Virus record (IMG/VR): IMGVR_UViG_3300032328_000119
Span: 1 to 34,648 of that record
Length of the DNA: 34,648 bases
Reading direction: 5' to 3' (one strand)
Source: a virus
Taxonomy: Duplodnaviria > Caudoviricetes
Shown here one piece after another: positions 1 through 9,600 of this stretch; position 1 is the first letter of the stretch; every line of letters begins with the position of its first letter. A program made the position numbers and the translations under genes. The notes under the pieces are model-generated. The model was not told the DNA's origin. It searched no databases and was given only the letters and a program-made list of their open reading frames with translations.

Positions 1-567
1 ACCTTGAGCTGCACCTTTTTGTGCGCCCATTAATCTTTCTCCTTCTTGGGCAGTACCAGCACCAGTTAATCCCCCAGCTCCTGCACCAGCTCCAGATACT
101 CCAGCTACTGTTCTAAAGCTAGATGGAAGTTTAGATAATAGGTTAGCAACTTCTGGGATCTTACCGGCAGCTTGTACAGCAGTTTTACCAGCAGCAAACG
201 CTACAGGCAAACTACCAGCAATCTCAGATGCCATTGCTTGATAAGGTTTTTCTGCCTCAAATTCTTGTTTAGCAAATTGAACCGCAGCAAGGTTTTGCTC
301 GTATGGTCTTTTGTTCTTAAGGGTCTTAATGACTGCCTCAAACTCATCACCAAATCCAAAAGTTAAGCCTTGAATACCAGCCTCAATATTGCCATAGGTA
401 GAAGTTGCACCTTTGGCTTTAGAATAGTTTTCAGCAGCACTTTTAAATCGAGCTGCCGTATAACCCTCTGCGCCTAAGTATTGATTAATGTCTGCTGGAT
501 TAACATTAGGATTAGCTAATAATTTATCTACATTACGAATAACTTTTTCGAACTTTTCGTATGCCAT
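1..567 (-). CDS. N-terminal part of large internal virion/DNA-ejection protein (runs off the left edge; probably continues at the right edge)
   Basis: Not in the ORF track. ATG at 567 overlaps the TAA of the upstream gene (TAATG). Open for 189 codons to base 1: MAYEKFEKVIRNVDKLLANP...QGLTFGFGDEFEA...GAQKGAAQG. The GLTFGFGDE motif and Gly/Ala-rich stretch are typical of podovirus ejection proteins. Confidence 0.75.
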   Translation of the reverse strand, partial: MAYEKFEKVIRNVDKLLANPNVNPADINQYLGAEGYTAARFKSAAENYSKAKGATSTYGNIEAGIQGLTFGFGDEFEAVIKTLKNKRPYEQNLAAVQFAKQEFEAEKPYQAMASEIAGSLPVAFAAGKTAVQAAGKIPEVANLLSKLPSSFRTVAGVSGAGAGAGGLTGAGTAQEGERLMGAQKGAAQG

Positions 568-1730
568 TATTTTTCAAGTCCTTGTTCTTCTTTAAATGTC
601 TTAAGATCAAATGTCTTTGCTTTGCCTCTAGCAATGTCAATAGATTTTCCAGCAGCACCAGACTGTTCTCTAGCTAATGTAACGATTCTAGCAAAACGAT
701 TATTTTTGTCTTGTATAACATCAGGCGTATCACCTACTTGTGGGAAATAAGCCTTGGCATATCCTTTTAACTGTTCCGATGTATATGCAGCACCAGTTCC
801 AAGTGTAAGGGCAGCATCTAAAGCATCTAATTGCGCTGCCTCTGCTCTTAAACGCTCAGAAGATGATACTTTTCCAGCAGCCATTTCTGCGCCAGGAACA
901 AATGAAAGTTTTTGTAGCAAAGATGGAATAATCTCTGGTTTTTGAGCAGCTAAATCAATTTTACTCAAATCTCCTAATGCGCCTTCTAAACGACCAGCAA
1001 GAGTAGCTGTTTTCTTTTCACCTTCTGTTGGTTTTTTATCTTGTGCCTGTTTGTCTGCTCTTTCACCAGCAGCAATTTGACGGCTAATATAAGAATCTTC
1101 CATTTTTGCTAATGAGTCTAAACGCTTATAAGCAGTTTCCTCATCAATTACACCAGTTTTAAATCCTTGCTCTAATTGAGATGCCAAAGTTCTTACTTGT
1201 GGGCTTGTGGCTTGTGTATAAGCAGCAAATGGGCTTGGAGCTTGTCCAGTACCGCCACCCATTAATCCAAGTTGGCGCAAAGCCTTTGTGCTATCAGCAA
1301 TATCTTTAATAGCACCAAACTGTCCACTAGCCTGTAGTTGAGGAAGAATTTTGGATATATCAAAAGAGCCTGGTGTTTCTGTAACAGCAGGGCCTACTTC
1401 TGAAGGGATAGCAGTTTGCTTGCCTGGAGTATATGCACTTTGATATAGCTGATTTAATTGTTGTGCTTGTTTTTGCTTACGCACTAATTCTTGAACCTGA
1501 GTAGCTTTAAGCATATTTTGCAATGCAGTATCTACTTGTCCTTGGTAGCCAGTTTGGAATCCTTGGAGAGCATCGCTAATTCCACTACCTTGTGGCATAA
1601 AAGATGGTGCGCCAGCTCTAGAAAATGCTGCGCCTGCGCTTAATAATCCAGATGCAAGTGCTTGAGTACGCAGAGATGACATATCATCTTCTGATAGTAA
1701 GCCTTCGTAATAGGATGGAATATATGCCAT
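567..1730 (-). CDS. Putative internal virion (DNA ejection) protein
   Basis: 387 aa, Ala/Gln/Gly-rich and helical-looking; lies in the ejection-protein block after the tail genes. Confidence 0.6.
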   Translation of the reverse strand: MAYIPSYYEGLLSEDDMSSLRTQALASGLLSAGAAFSRAGAPSFMPQGSGISDALQGFQTGYQGQVDTALQNMLKATQVQELVRKQKQAQQLNQLYQSAYTPGKQTAIPSEVGPAVTETPGSFDISKILPQLQASGQFGAIKDIADSTKALRQLGLMGGGTGQAPSPFAAYTQATSPQVRTLASQLEQGFKTGVIDEETAYKRLDSLAKMEDSYISRQIAAGERADKQAQDKKPTEGEKKTATLAGRLEGALGDLSKIDLAAQKPEIIPSLLQKLSFVPGAEMAAGKVSSSERLRAEAAQLDALDAALTLGTGAAYTSEQLKGYAKAYFPQVGDTPDVIQDKNNRFARIVTLAREQSGAAGKSIDIARGKAKTFDLKTFKEEQGLEK

Positions 1731-1737
1731 ATTTGCC

Positions 1738-2520
1738 TTAGATTAAAGATATTCTAGGTTGTCTTGATTGTTGCTCTCTGTCTTGCAATAAAGAAAGTAG
1801 TGCAGTAGTTGTATCAACTGCTTGTCCTCTACGCATCATTGCTTGCTGTTGAGCCATTCTGTTTTGTTCTGCTTGTTGAGCAGTATTTTGTTCTTGCATC
1901 TTAGAGCCACTTTGTGTAAGTTGGCTAAGTGCTTTTTGTTGAGCTTGTTTCTTTAACAAATCTGTTACTGTTTGACCAGATGCTTGTTTAGCTAGTCCTT
2001 CTTGCTTGTATAAACCTTGCTCAGTATTGCCTGTTAGTCTATCAAATAAACTTGCATTGCCAGCATCAACACCTTGGTATTGTGCAAGGCTATTTAAGTA
2101 TTCTGGAGTATAAGCAGACATTGGCAGTTGGAAAGCCTCTTGACCAGCAAATGAACCAGCATCACCTAAGCTAAGGCTAGATAAAAGACTGTTCATTCCA
2201 CCAGAGCCGATTGATCCTTCTGCACCAGCAGAGCCACCCAATGAAAACAAATCTCCACCAAAAGTACCGCCAGCTCCACCTAGTGAACTTAACATTCCAC
2301 CGCCAGCAGTAGCCCCAGTTCCTTCGGCAGCTCCAAGGCCAGCAGCACCGCCACCTTCAGCAAAAGCAGGAATAAGATAAGGTGCAAAATAGGCAGCAGT
2401 AAGGGCAGCAGGAAAGCCCCACCCAGAATCAAATGGCATCTCACGCTTTACAAATTTGTCGGTATCAGCTAAACCACTACCAATTCCACTAAAAAGATCA
2501 TCTAGGAAACTTAAGTTCAT
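1738..2520 (-). CDS. Putative internal virion protein with hydrophobic segment and Gly-rich linker
   Basis: 260 aa; hydrophobic stretch GFPAALTAAYFAPYLIPAF, Gly-rich middle, Gln-rich C-terminus; synteny. Confidence 0.55.
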   Translation of the reverse strand: MNLSFLDDLFSGIGSGLADTDKFVKREMPFDSGWGFPAALTAAYFAPYLIPAFAEGGGAAGLGAAEGTGATAGGGMLSSLGGAGGTFGGDLFSLGGSAGAEGSIGSGGMNSLLSSLSLGDAGSFAGQEAFQLPMSAYTPEYLNSLAQYQGVDAGNASLFDRLTGNTEQGLYKQEGLAKQASGQTVTDLLKKQAQQKALSQLTQSGSKMQEQNTAQQAEQNRMAQQQAMMRRGQAVDTTTALLSLLQDREQQSRQPRISLI

Positions 2521-3374
2521 TTGAACACTCCATAGAGTTGTGCGCCTGTACCAGCAAGTCCTAGTAAGTTTCCTAAACCTTGTTGTCCTGGGTTAGAGTA
2601 GATAGGCTGAGTAGAGGTAGAGATACCGCCACTAGGTGCGCCATATACGCCACTTAAGAATGATTGCAGTTTAGCTTGTGGAAGATTTTGCTCGTAGTTA
2701 TAACGATTGATTTGGTCTTGCAATGCTGTCTGAGCATAACCTTCTCTGCCCTGTCCAATTGCTAGTAAACGCTGAATATCTCCGTAGTCTGCCTCTGCCA
2801 TGCCAGGTGCAGCAGCAGTAGCAGCAGCCTGTCTTGCTCTTTCGTCTGAGTAATTCTGATAGGCTAGTTTGCCAGCAGTATCAGTAAGCGCATTAGCAAA
2901 AGTACCACCAGCACGATCTGTTAATTGACCATAAGCACCAGAGCCATAGCGACCAGCACTAGAGGCTTTAGAGGCTACATTTTGGATAGCATCGTAATAG
3001 GATTGTTGAGCAGCCTTGGCAGCAGGATTAAATGCGCCTTGAAAGAAAGGGTTTCCACCTAAGTATTGACCCTGTACATTAGCTAAGTTTTCAGCTTGCG
3101 CTGCTCTTAGCAATGGACTTCCAGCTCCAGCTCGTTGCTCACCAGCTTGTAGCGCAGATAAGGTAGTTTCTGTAGGGCTAACATAGGTCTGCCCTGGGAA
3201 GTAAGATGGGCCTTGTGTTTCGTATAAGCGTCTTGCCTCGCCTAGACCAAACTCTACATAAGGCTTGAGCATTGGATCAATTTGGTTTGTAGTAGTAGTA
3301 GTTCTATCTTGAACTTGCTGACCACCGCCACCACCACCAAAGATGCCCCCAACTGTGCTTGCTATTCCGCCCAT
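2517..3374 (-). CDS. DNA ejection/pilot protein (P22 gp7-like position)
   Basis: MGG...GGGGGG-TTTTT N-terminus, AGRYGSG motif, Gly-rich hydrophobic C-terminus. Confidence 0.65.
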   Translation of the reverse strand: MGGIASTVGGIFGGGGGGQQVQDRTTTTTNQIDPMLKPYVEFGLGEARRLYETQGPSYFPGQTYVSPTETTLSALQAGEQRAGAGSPLLRAAQAENLANVQGQYLGGNPFFQGAFNPAAKAAQQSYYDAIQNVASKASSAGRYGSGAYGQLTDRAGGTFANALTDTAGKLAYQNYSDERARQAAATAAAPGMAEADYGDIQRLLAIGQGREGYAQTALQDQINRYNYEQNLPQAKLQSFLSGVYGAPSGGISTSTQPIYSNPGQQGLGNLLGLAGTGAQLYGVFK

Positions 3375-3375
3375 A

Positions 3376-3762
3376 TCAAATATCCTTTATCCATTTTCTA
3401 GGTCTAAACCCATATTTTCTTGCTATCACATCCCATCCTTTACGATGAGAGTCAAAAGTTACTGTACTTGCTCCACCAGCCTTGGCGATCTCTAATAGAG
3501 CTTGCCAACATGGATCAAGGTTATGCTCAAAATAAGAACACCATATATGTAGATTATCGCCTTGGGGTTGCAGAACCGAGAATCCTACTATTCGGTTGTC
3601 CTGCGAGAAAGCCCATAAAAGAGCCTTGTTATTGAAACATTCTACATATACATCCTCAGGAATCCACCCCTCAGGAGTCTTACTTAAAATCTTTAATAAA
3701 CCTTTTCTAACATAATCCCAGTACAACCTCAAATCCTCTGGTTTCACATAGATTTTTTGCAT
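3376..3762 (-). CDS. GNAT-like protein of the tail/ejection module
   Basis: 128 aa; IVGFSVL...LHIWCSY...AKAGGASTVTFDSHRKGW...YGF pattern resembles a degenerate GNAT fold; sits between tail and ejection genes. Confidence 0.55.
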   Translation of the reverse strand: MQKIYVKPEDLRLYWDYVRKGLLKILSKTPEGWIPEDVYVECFNNKALLWAFSQDNRIVGFSVLQPQGDNLHIWCSYFEHNLDPCWQALLEIAKAGGASTVTFDSHRKGWDVIARKYGFRPRKWIKDI

Positions 3763-3799
3763 ACCATAATTTTACCTACAATTGGTAGAAAAGTGGTAT

Positions 3800-4102
3800 T
3801 TATCCAACTATTACATATCCATAGGTTTTACCAGCAACTATATTGGCTGCATGAGTAATTGTTGCGCTGCCATTACTTTGTGCGCTTGCATAAACTGTAG
3901 TAGCAAAAGCATCAGCAGTTTTAGGCACTAAGATAATCACAGAATCTCTACTTATTCTAGGGTCGCTCAGAGCTGTAGATGTTGCACCGCCCACAGCCAA
4001 TGTAATAGTGCCAGTATTATTAGTTTTGCCATCCATCATTCCATTGACTATCTCGGCTACAGCTCGTTGATCGCCACCAGCAGGGGGTAATCTGCGAAAC
4101 AT
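3800..4102 (-). CDS. Small virion/tail protein
   Basis: 100 aa; translationally coupled to the tail tube gene; beta-rich C-terminus ending YGYVIVG. Confidence 0.55.
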   Translation of the reverse strand: MFRRLPPAGGDQRAVAEIVNGMMDGKTNNTGTITLAVGGATSTALSDPRISRDSVIILVPKTADAFATTVYASAQSNGSATITHAANIVAGKTYGYVIVG

Positions 4103-5526
4103 TATCTACCGCCTTGTTGGACTAAATCAATCTCAACGCCAGCAGCCGTTTTCCAGTTAGCACCGCTAGGGTAAACCCTTACTCTATGGTATTTACCACC
4201 AGAGCGCAGGGATGCCCTATTCTCTGTGTCTGCTGCTACGGCAGTACCAAAGCTAGGGACTTCGCTTAACAACGCTCTAGATGCTACAGAAACGCTTGCA
4301 GAGCCATTATCTACCTTTGGCTTGGCTAACATAATGATTGACTGATTGCCGTTACCTAGATCGCCTGTAGTAATGTAGCCAGACTTATTAGCCCCAGTAA
4401 AAGTAACAATTTTGGTATCTTTTACGCCAGCAAGAACAAACTTACCGCCAGCCCATAGACGGCTATCAAAAGAGGTTTCGATGCTGTCCATTGTTCCAAA
4501 GGTGTCTAAACCCTCTAAGGTTACGCCAGCCTGTGCTGCACTACCTAAAAAGCTAGTGTCTGTTTCAGCCTCAGACCATTTCTTAGTTTGGAAGTTGTAG
4601 ATCATCAAACGCTTTTGGGCAAAGATGTCTGTAAATTGCCAGATCACTAATTTACGGATCACATCAATTGTAGAACTCATCTCGCTTAACTTAGATTGAT
4701 CTACAAAGGTAAAAAAGAAACGATCTATCTTCTCTGCACCAATCGGAGTGACTGTCTGCCCATCACAAACATAGAATCCATCGTCTGATAGGAAGAATGT
4801 AAGGTTTCCAAATTGGGCTACAGAATTAGATTCATAGCACCCAATGTTTTTAGCAATAGTATCGAACTGGAAGAATAGTGGCGCACCTACATAAGTCATC
4901 CTAGATATAGCTCTCTCTAGCAATACTAGGCCATACTCACCACCAGTAATGCCACGAATATCTCCACCATCAGGAAGAACCTGGTTATCAGATTGGCTTG
5001 TAGCTCCAGAAGTCCAATCAGCCTCATCGTTAATATCAGACCAATAAACCTTATTTTCTTCGCCAGCCACATTAGCAGCCACCACAAAATCTCGAACTGT
5101 AGTTACAAATTTAGCAGCAGGAGCAGCAGCAGCTAGATCAGCAAATAATGATGAGCTACCTAAATTGAATACTTGGAGCTTTGCCACTCCATTAGCCGCA
5201 ATTAGGGATGGCCCAAACTGGGTAAACATCCAGCGATTTGTGCCTGTGTAATTTCCTGACTTAGACACATTGTCCATGCTTAAATCTGAGGAGTCGAACT
5301 TGTAGAGCTTAGTAAAGCTACCGGCAAACATGGTAGTAGTGCCACCATACTTAGTAACAAATACATTGTTAAGGCTTGAGTCTGCTGCTGCTGAAAGATC
5401 TACTGTATTGGGGAATGGGCCGTAACCTATTGCCTGGGGAACGACATTATAGGCATCCTGTATAGATCCAGTTATTCCAGCTTGGTCTGGTAGCCATTCG
5501 CCAAATTCTACTATTGAGGTAGCCAT
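4102..5526 (-). CDS. Tail tube/nozzle (packaged-DNA stabilisation, P22 gp10-like) protein
   Basis: 474 aa; FGEWLPD start, VYWSDINDEADW and FFLSDDGFY motifs, beta-propeller-like repeats; position. Confidence 0.7.
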   Translation of the reverse strand: MATSIVEFGEWLPDQAGITGSIQDAYNVVPQAIGYGPFPNTVDLSAAADSSLNNVFVTKYGGTTTMFAGSFTKLYKFDSSDLSMDNVSKSGNYTGTNRWMFTQFGPSLIAANGVAKLQVFNLGSSSLFADLAAAAPAAKFVTTVRDFVVAANVAGEENKVYWSDINDEADWTSGATSQSDNQVLPDGGDIRGITGGEYGLVLLERAISRMTYVGAPLFFQFDTIAKNIGCYESNSVAQFGNLTFFLSDDGFYVCDGQTVTPIGAEKIDRFFFTFVDQSKLSEMSSTIDVIRKLVIWQFTDIFAQKRLMIYNFQTKKWSEAETDTSFLGSAAQAGVTLEGLDTFGTMDSIETSFDSRLWAGGKFVLAGVKDTKIVTFTGANKSGYITTGDLGNGNQSIIMLAKPKVDNGSASVSVASRALLSEVPSFGTAVAADTENRASLRSGGKYHRVRVYPSGANWKTAAGVEIDLVQQGGR

Positions 5527-6116
5527 GTATTACTTCCCGTTGTTTTGTCTGTCCAAGAGTTACTTGTAACATTTGATGCTGTCCAAGTATTGCTATCTAC
5601 TGTTTTGTTTGTCCAATTGTTTCCTGTAACGGATGCTGCTGTCCATGTATTAGTACCTATAGCAGAATTACTCCATTCCTCACCAATTCTGTACCCAATA
5701 GCAATTATAGAGGCTATGCCAGTAATTGATGAGTTTCCAGATAAGATTGCATTGCCGTTTGCATCAACTGTACCAATGCCAATTAGTGATCCTTCTCCGG
5801 CAACAACAATACCGCCTAATCCTGTGATAGTTCCAACGCCAATTACAGATCCTTCAGCGTTTTGTATTCGAATGGCTACAGCATCTACTGTGCCAATTCC
5901 ATTAATTGAAACTATGCCATTCTGTACTCTAATGCCTAATGCAGATGTAGTTCCAACTCCATTAATAGATCCAATGCCAGAGAGGATAGCAATAGGACTG
6001 CCACTAGCTGTGCCTATGCCATTAACAGATCCAGCTCCATCTGTAGCTAATACATCTCCTACTGCATAGATGTAATCCCAGTATCCATAAACTACATATT
6101 GGTCTGCGTAAGCCAT
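5511..6116 (-). CDS. Virion/tail protein with G(S/I)xxG(I/V)GT repeats and W-T C-terminal repeats
   Basis: 201 aa; recurring GSVNGIGT-like units and ~10-aa N(T/S)WT repeats. Confidence 0.6.
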   Translation of the reverse strand: MAYADQYVVYGYWDYIYAVGDVLATDGAGSVNGIGTASGSPIAILSGIGSINGVGTTSALGIRVQNGIVSINGIGTVDAVAIRIQNAEGSVIGVGTITGLGGIVVAGEGSLIGIGTVDANGNAILSGNSSITGIASIIAIGYRIGEEWSNSAIGTNTWTAASVTGNNWTNKTVDSNTWTASNVTSNSWTDKTTGSNTWLPQ

Positions 6117-6374
6117 TTAAATTAATCTATTGGCTTGTTCAGCTTTAAATGTCTCATAAGCAGCTTTAACTTCATCAGTCCATGCTGCATTGCAGATGTC
6201 TTGTACTTTCTGTTCTTGATTGCTAATGTCCATATCAGGAGTTAATACCCAACGATGAAATGTTCTTGATACAAAGTCACCATCTCGTTCAATAACAGTA
6301 GCTTGGCGAACTTGAATATTCCAATCCCTAACTATTTCAATTTGGTCAATGCTTGTATTTTCTGTAAGTGCCAT
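6117..6374 (-). CDS. Small tail-fibre-associated protein
   Basis: 85 aa, IQVRQATVIERDG...SRTFHRWVLTP...VQDICNAAWT; this type usually follows genes carrying the LDDYEEGT motif. Confidence 0.6.
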   Translation of the reverse strand: MALTENTSIDQIEIVRDWNIQVRQATVIERDGDFVSRTFHRWVLTPDMDISNQEQKVQDICNAAWTDEVKAAYETFKAEQANRLI

Positions 6375-6383
6375 TATTTTTCC

Positions 6384-6935
6384 TTAAACTGAATATGTAC
6401 CAGTTATTGTAAATTCTGCGGAAGAATCATAAGCAACTGCTTGTGTTGCACCACCGCCAGCAGGATATGAATAAAATTCAATTCCTGTGTTTGTGTTTTG
6501 CACAAAGCCAGTTAATATACTAAGTGCTGGTAAAGTTAGGTTATTTACATAAGAAAATGATACTGCTGGGAAAGTTCCTGCGGAAGAATTTGTAAAAGGT
6601 AAACCTTTAAGTTGCAAATTTCCAGTTCCAGTTCCACCAGTCCAAGCCAAATAAATTTCAAATTGAACTAAGCGACCAATTTTTGTGTATCTTGCACTTT
6701 GAGAACCATAAGTTGCAGTTCCAGCCGTTGTTGAACCTGCAATAGTCGGAGTAAAAGTACCTTCTTCATAATCATCTAATGTATTAGCATCAGATGAAGC
6801 AGACTGAGAAGCAGGGAATGTAATACCAGCACCGCTAGCGGATGGGGTTGCACCACCTACACCAATAGTTGAAGCTGAAATAACCGTACCTGAGTTAGTT
6901 GTGATACCTAAAGTACCATCGAGGACTAATGCCAT
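6384..6935 (-). CDS. Tail fibre/receptor-binding module
   Basis: ANTLDDYEEGTFTP and YTKIGRLV motifs, characteristic of fibre tip domains. Confidence 0.7.
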   Translation of the reverse strand: MALVLDGTLGITTNSGTVISASTIGVGGATPSASGAGITFPASQSASSDANTLDDYEEGTFTPTIAGSTTAGTATYGSQSARYTKIGRLVQFEIYLAWTGGTGTGNLQLKGLPFTNSSAGTFPAVSFSYVNNLTLPALSILTGFVQNTNTGIEFYSYPAGGGATQAVAYDSSAEFTITGTYSV

Positions 6936-7636
6936 TATTCTACTCCTTTAAGCGCTTGAATTTCTAATGCTTGTGCATCTACTTTAGCGTTTAGTTCTTG
7001 TATAGCTTTAATTAGCATTGGAATAAAAACAGAATATTTAACTGTTTTAGTGGTAGTGCCTAAATTTTTTCCATCTCCATCCTTATCATCAATTTCATCA
7101 ACAAGCCCAGCAAATATTTTCTCAAGTTCTTGTGCAACAACGCCAATTTGTTTATGGGTTTGATCTTTTTTAAGGTTATATTGACGAACTTTAACTTTGC
7201 ATAAATCTTCAAGTTTAGGGGTTGCATCAACAATATTTTCTTTTAATTTGACATCAGAAAATGCACCATATGAGCCATTGGTATTTTGACAATTACCGCT
7301 ATCTAAAACATAAAAACGATAAGCACCAGCACCAGCATTATAATAAGTATATGGTCTAGTTGTTCCATCTGTTGTATTTCTTGTTACAGCTACTTGAACA
7401 ATATCTCCACTTGCATCACCTTTTGTATTTTGCACATAAACAGTTAAATTGGCAGTACTTGATGCTACGCTTAAAGGATAAGGAGGGCTAGTATTACCAA
7501 TACCAACATTTTGTGCAGTTGTAATAGTTACCGCAGTAGTGCCATTATTAGTTTGTAGAGCTAAAGCACCGCTAGTATCACCAGAAATTGCTAATGCAGT
7601 TCCACTTGTAGTTCCAGCCGATATAGTAGATGCCAT
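6935..7636 (-). CDS. Tail fibre protein with C-terminal intramolecular chaperone (peptidase S74-like)
   Basis: SDVKLKENI...GVVAQELE...LIKAIQEL plus terminal coiled coil; start reassigned to ATG 7636 (MASTISAG), coupled to the upstream stop. Confidence 0.8.
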   Translation of the reverse strand: MASTISAGTTSGTALAISGDTSGALALQTNNGTTAVTITTAQNVGIGNTSPPYPLSVASSTANLTVYVQNTKGDASGDIVQVAVTRNTTDGTTRPYTYYNAGAGAYRFYVLDSGNCQNTNGSYGAFSDVKLKENIVDATPKLEDLCKVKVRQYNLKKDQTHKQIGVVAQELEKIFAGLVDEIDDKDGDGKNLGTTTKTVKYSVFIPMLIKAIQELNAKVDAQALEIQALKGVE

Positions 7637-7980
7637 TATGCTATTTCCTTCCAACTTATTGTTGATTCATCCCAAACATAGTGTTTGTTATCAGTTGGAT
7701 AAGATATTGGTGATTCCCATAACCAAGTAGAATTATTTAATGTCCAACTTAAAAAAGGCTGCGGGGCATAAAATACATCGTTTATTCTGTCGTATGTATA
7801 ACCAACACCAGCAAAATTTCCACGCAAAGGGTTATTTTTAGGGTGTTGATTACCATGTGTATTGTAGGAAGTTTGAATCCATTGTCCTGGAGTTGTATCT
7901 ACAAAACTATTAAAAAATTCATGTTCAGCAACAATAACTTGAATTACTTTGCCGTCTAAAACTTTAGCAAAATGGCTCAT
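7636..7980 (-). CDS. Tail-fibre-associated protein
   Basis: MSHFAK...WIQTSYN...LRGNFAGVGYTYD...WDE pattern that typically follows Gly-rich fibre genes. Confidence 0.65.
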   Translation of the reverse strand: MSHFAKVLDGKVIQVIVAEHEFFNSFVDTTPGQWIQTSYNTHGNQHPKNNPLRGNFAGVGYTYDRINDVFYAPQPFLSWTLNNSTWLWESPISYPTDNKHYVWDESTISWKEIA

Positions 7981-8891
7981 CCTGTATAACTCCCTGAAGC
8001 AGTAAATTTAATAATTGTGTTAGAGCCTGATGTTGTAATAGTTGGTGACCCAGTAGTTGTGCCTGAATAATTTACAGTTGGTACAGAAAGAATTATCACT
8101 CCAGAGCCACCTGCACCACCAACAGCACCAGAAGATGTATAACCGCCACCACCACCACCACCACCTGTGTTAGCTGTACCAGCTGTAGCTGTAGTATCGT
8201 TATTTGTACCAGCACCACCGCCTCCAGCACCACCAGCGCCTGCTACTCCACTACCTACACTATAAGCTCCACCACCGCCACCACCAGCATAAGTTACAGA
8301 AGATCCTGTGATTGAAGATGCTGTTCCTGCTCCACCATTACCCGATGTAGTTCCTGAAGCAGTACCACCAACTGCCCCAGCGCCGCCGCCACCACCACTA
8401 GTAGCGCTACCTACCCCAGCACCACCAGCATTGCCTTGTCCAGTAGTTCCAGAACCACCAGTACCAGTATTGTATGCGCCACCACCTGAACCGCCAGATA
8501 CGCCATTTCTAACGCCAAGCTGACCACAAGCACCGCCACCGCCACCAACAGCAGTTGTCAATGATGTAAAAGATGAATTAACGCCATTACTTCCGTTTGT
8601 AGAGTTATTTCCACCAGCTCCACCTGCCCCAACGGTAACTGTATAAACAGTTCCTACAATAATAGTTGCTGTGTTAGCTAATAAACCGCCAGCACCACCA
8701 GCAGCCCCAATACCGCCACCACCGCCACCGCCACCAGCTACCATTAAATAAGAAGCAGCATAAGGTAGTTGGTTAGTTAAAGCTACAGTTCCAGCAGCAG
8801 CAGGAAGATTAATTGTATTAGTACCAGCTACGGCAGGAGCAGCTAAAGTAATAGCACCTGATGTATCTCCGCTTATAACAACTGAACTCAT
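7977..8891 (-). CDS. Glycine-rich tail fibre protein
   Basis: YLMVAGGGGGG...GGSGVIIL...IIKFTASG Gly-rich domain; start reassigned to ATG 8891 (MSSVVISGDTSG), overlapping the upstream stop. Confidence 0.75.
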   Translation of the reverse strand: MSSVVISGDTSGAITLAAPAVAGTNTINLPAAAGTVALTNQLPYAASYLMVAGGGGGGGGIGAAGGAGGLLANTATIIVGTVYTVTVGAGGAGGNNSTNGSNGVNSSFTSLTTAVGGGGGACGQLGVRNGVSGGSGGGAYNTGTGGSGTTGQGNAGGAGVGSATSGGGGGAGAVGGTASGTTSGNGGAGTASSITGSSVTYAGGGGGGAYSVGSGVAGAGGAGGGGAGTNNDTTATAGTANTGGGGGGGGYTSSGAVGGAGGSGVIILSVPTVNYSGTTTGSPTITTSGSNTIIKFTASGSYTG

Positions 8892-9592
8892 AGAACCACC
8901 CACCTTTGACCTGATGCAATTGTTACTAAATATCCTGATGCAATTGTTATTGGCCCAACAGATAAACAATTGTTACCTGATGTAGTTGTAATATCCTCTG
9001 CAATGCTTGTAGAGTTGTAAGCAATAGCCTTAGTAGCAGCAGTACCAAAGTATTGACCACCACCACTAGCTGTAGCCCAAGTAGGTGTTGCCCCTGCACC
9101 AGCAGAAGTTAATACTTGACCAGCAGTTCCTTGTGAGCCATCAAAGCTAGTAGTGCCTGTAACGCTTAAATTAGTAAAGCTACCAGCAGCAGCAGTAGTA
9201 GCTCCAATAGTAATATTGTCCATCTCTCCAACATAAGTAGGAGCAATTTCAACAGAATTAACGCCTGTTGGCTTTATATGGACATGACCAGTACCAGTAG
9301 GACTAATGTCAATTTGTGCATTTGTACCATTTAAATTAGTAGAAACATTGATTGCCATGTTATCGCCACCACCAGCACCCATGCTCATTTGCGTAGTGCC
9401 AGCAGAGTTTTTAAGTGCTAAACCAGCAGAGTTTACAGCCTGTACAGATGGCGTAGTTAGCGCAGTAATAGTTAGCGCAGCAACAGTATTGCCAGACTGA
9501 ATTTTGTCTGTGTTTAGATTGGTAAAGTTAGCATCTACCTCGTTATGGGTAAGTGGCGATCCTTTACCAGCACGAGTTACAAGAGTAGACAT
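8888..9592 (-). CDS. Tail fibre adaptor/proximal fibre protein
   Basis: TRAGKGSPLTHNEVDANFTNLN N-terminus, GQVLTSAG repeat, SVGPITI...WVVL C-terminal module. Confidence 0.65.
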   Translation of the reverse strand: MSTLVTRAGKGSPLTHNEVDANFTNLNTDKIQSGNTVAALTITALTTPSVQAVNSAGLALKNSAGTTQMSMGAGGGDNMAINVSTNLNGTNAQIDISPTGTGHVHIKPTGVNSVEIAPTYVGEMDNITIGATTAAAGSFTNLSVTGTTSFDGSQGTAGQVLTSAGAGATPTWATASGGGQYFGTAATKAIAYNSTSIAEDITTTSGNNCLSVGPITIASGYLVTIASGQRWVVL

Positions 9593-9600
9593 GGCTTACC

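Noticed and set aside
177-189. 13-nt match CAGCAGTTTTACC to 34634-34646, a possible terminal repeat
   Set aside because: Not at the left terminus, and flanks diverge. It reflects a repeated GKTA peptide.
5545-6069. Long plus-strand ORFs antisense to structural genes (also 8308-8523, 11350-11697, 14199-14717 and others)
   Set aside because: Typical antisense shadows of genes with biased codon usage; no independent signals.
8100-8740. Dense (CCA/CCG)n repeats suggesting a tandem repeat or CRISPR array
   Set aside because: These are poly-Gly codons of the fibre gene, with no constant repeat-spacer periodicity.
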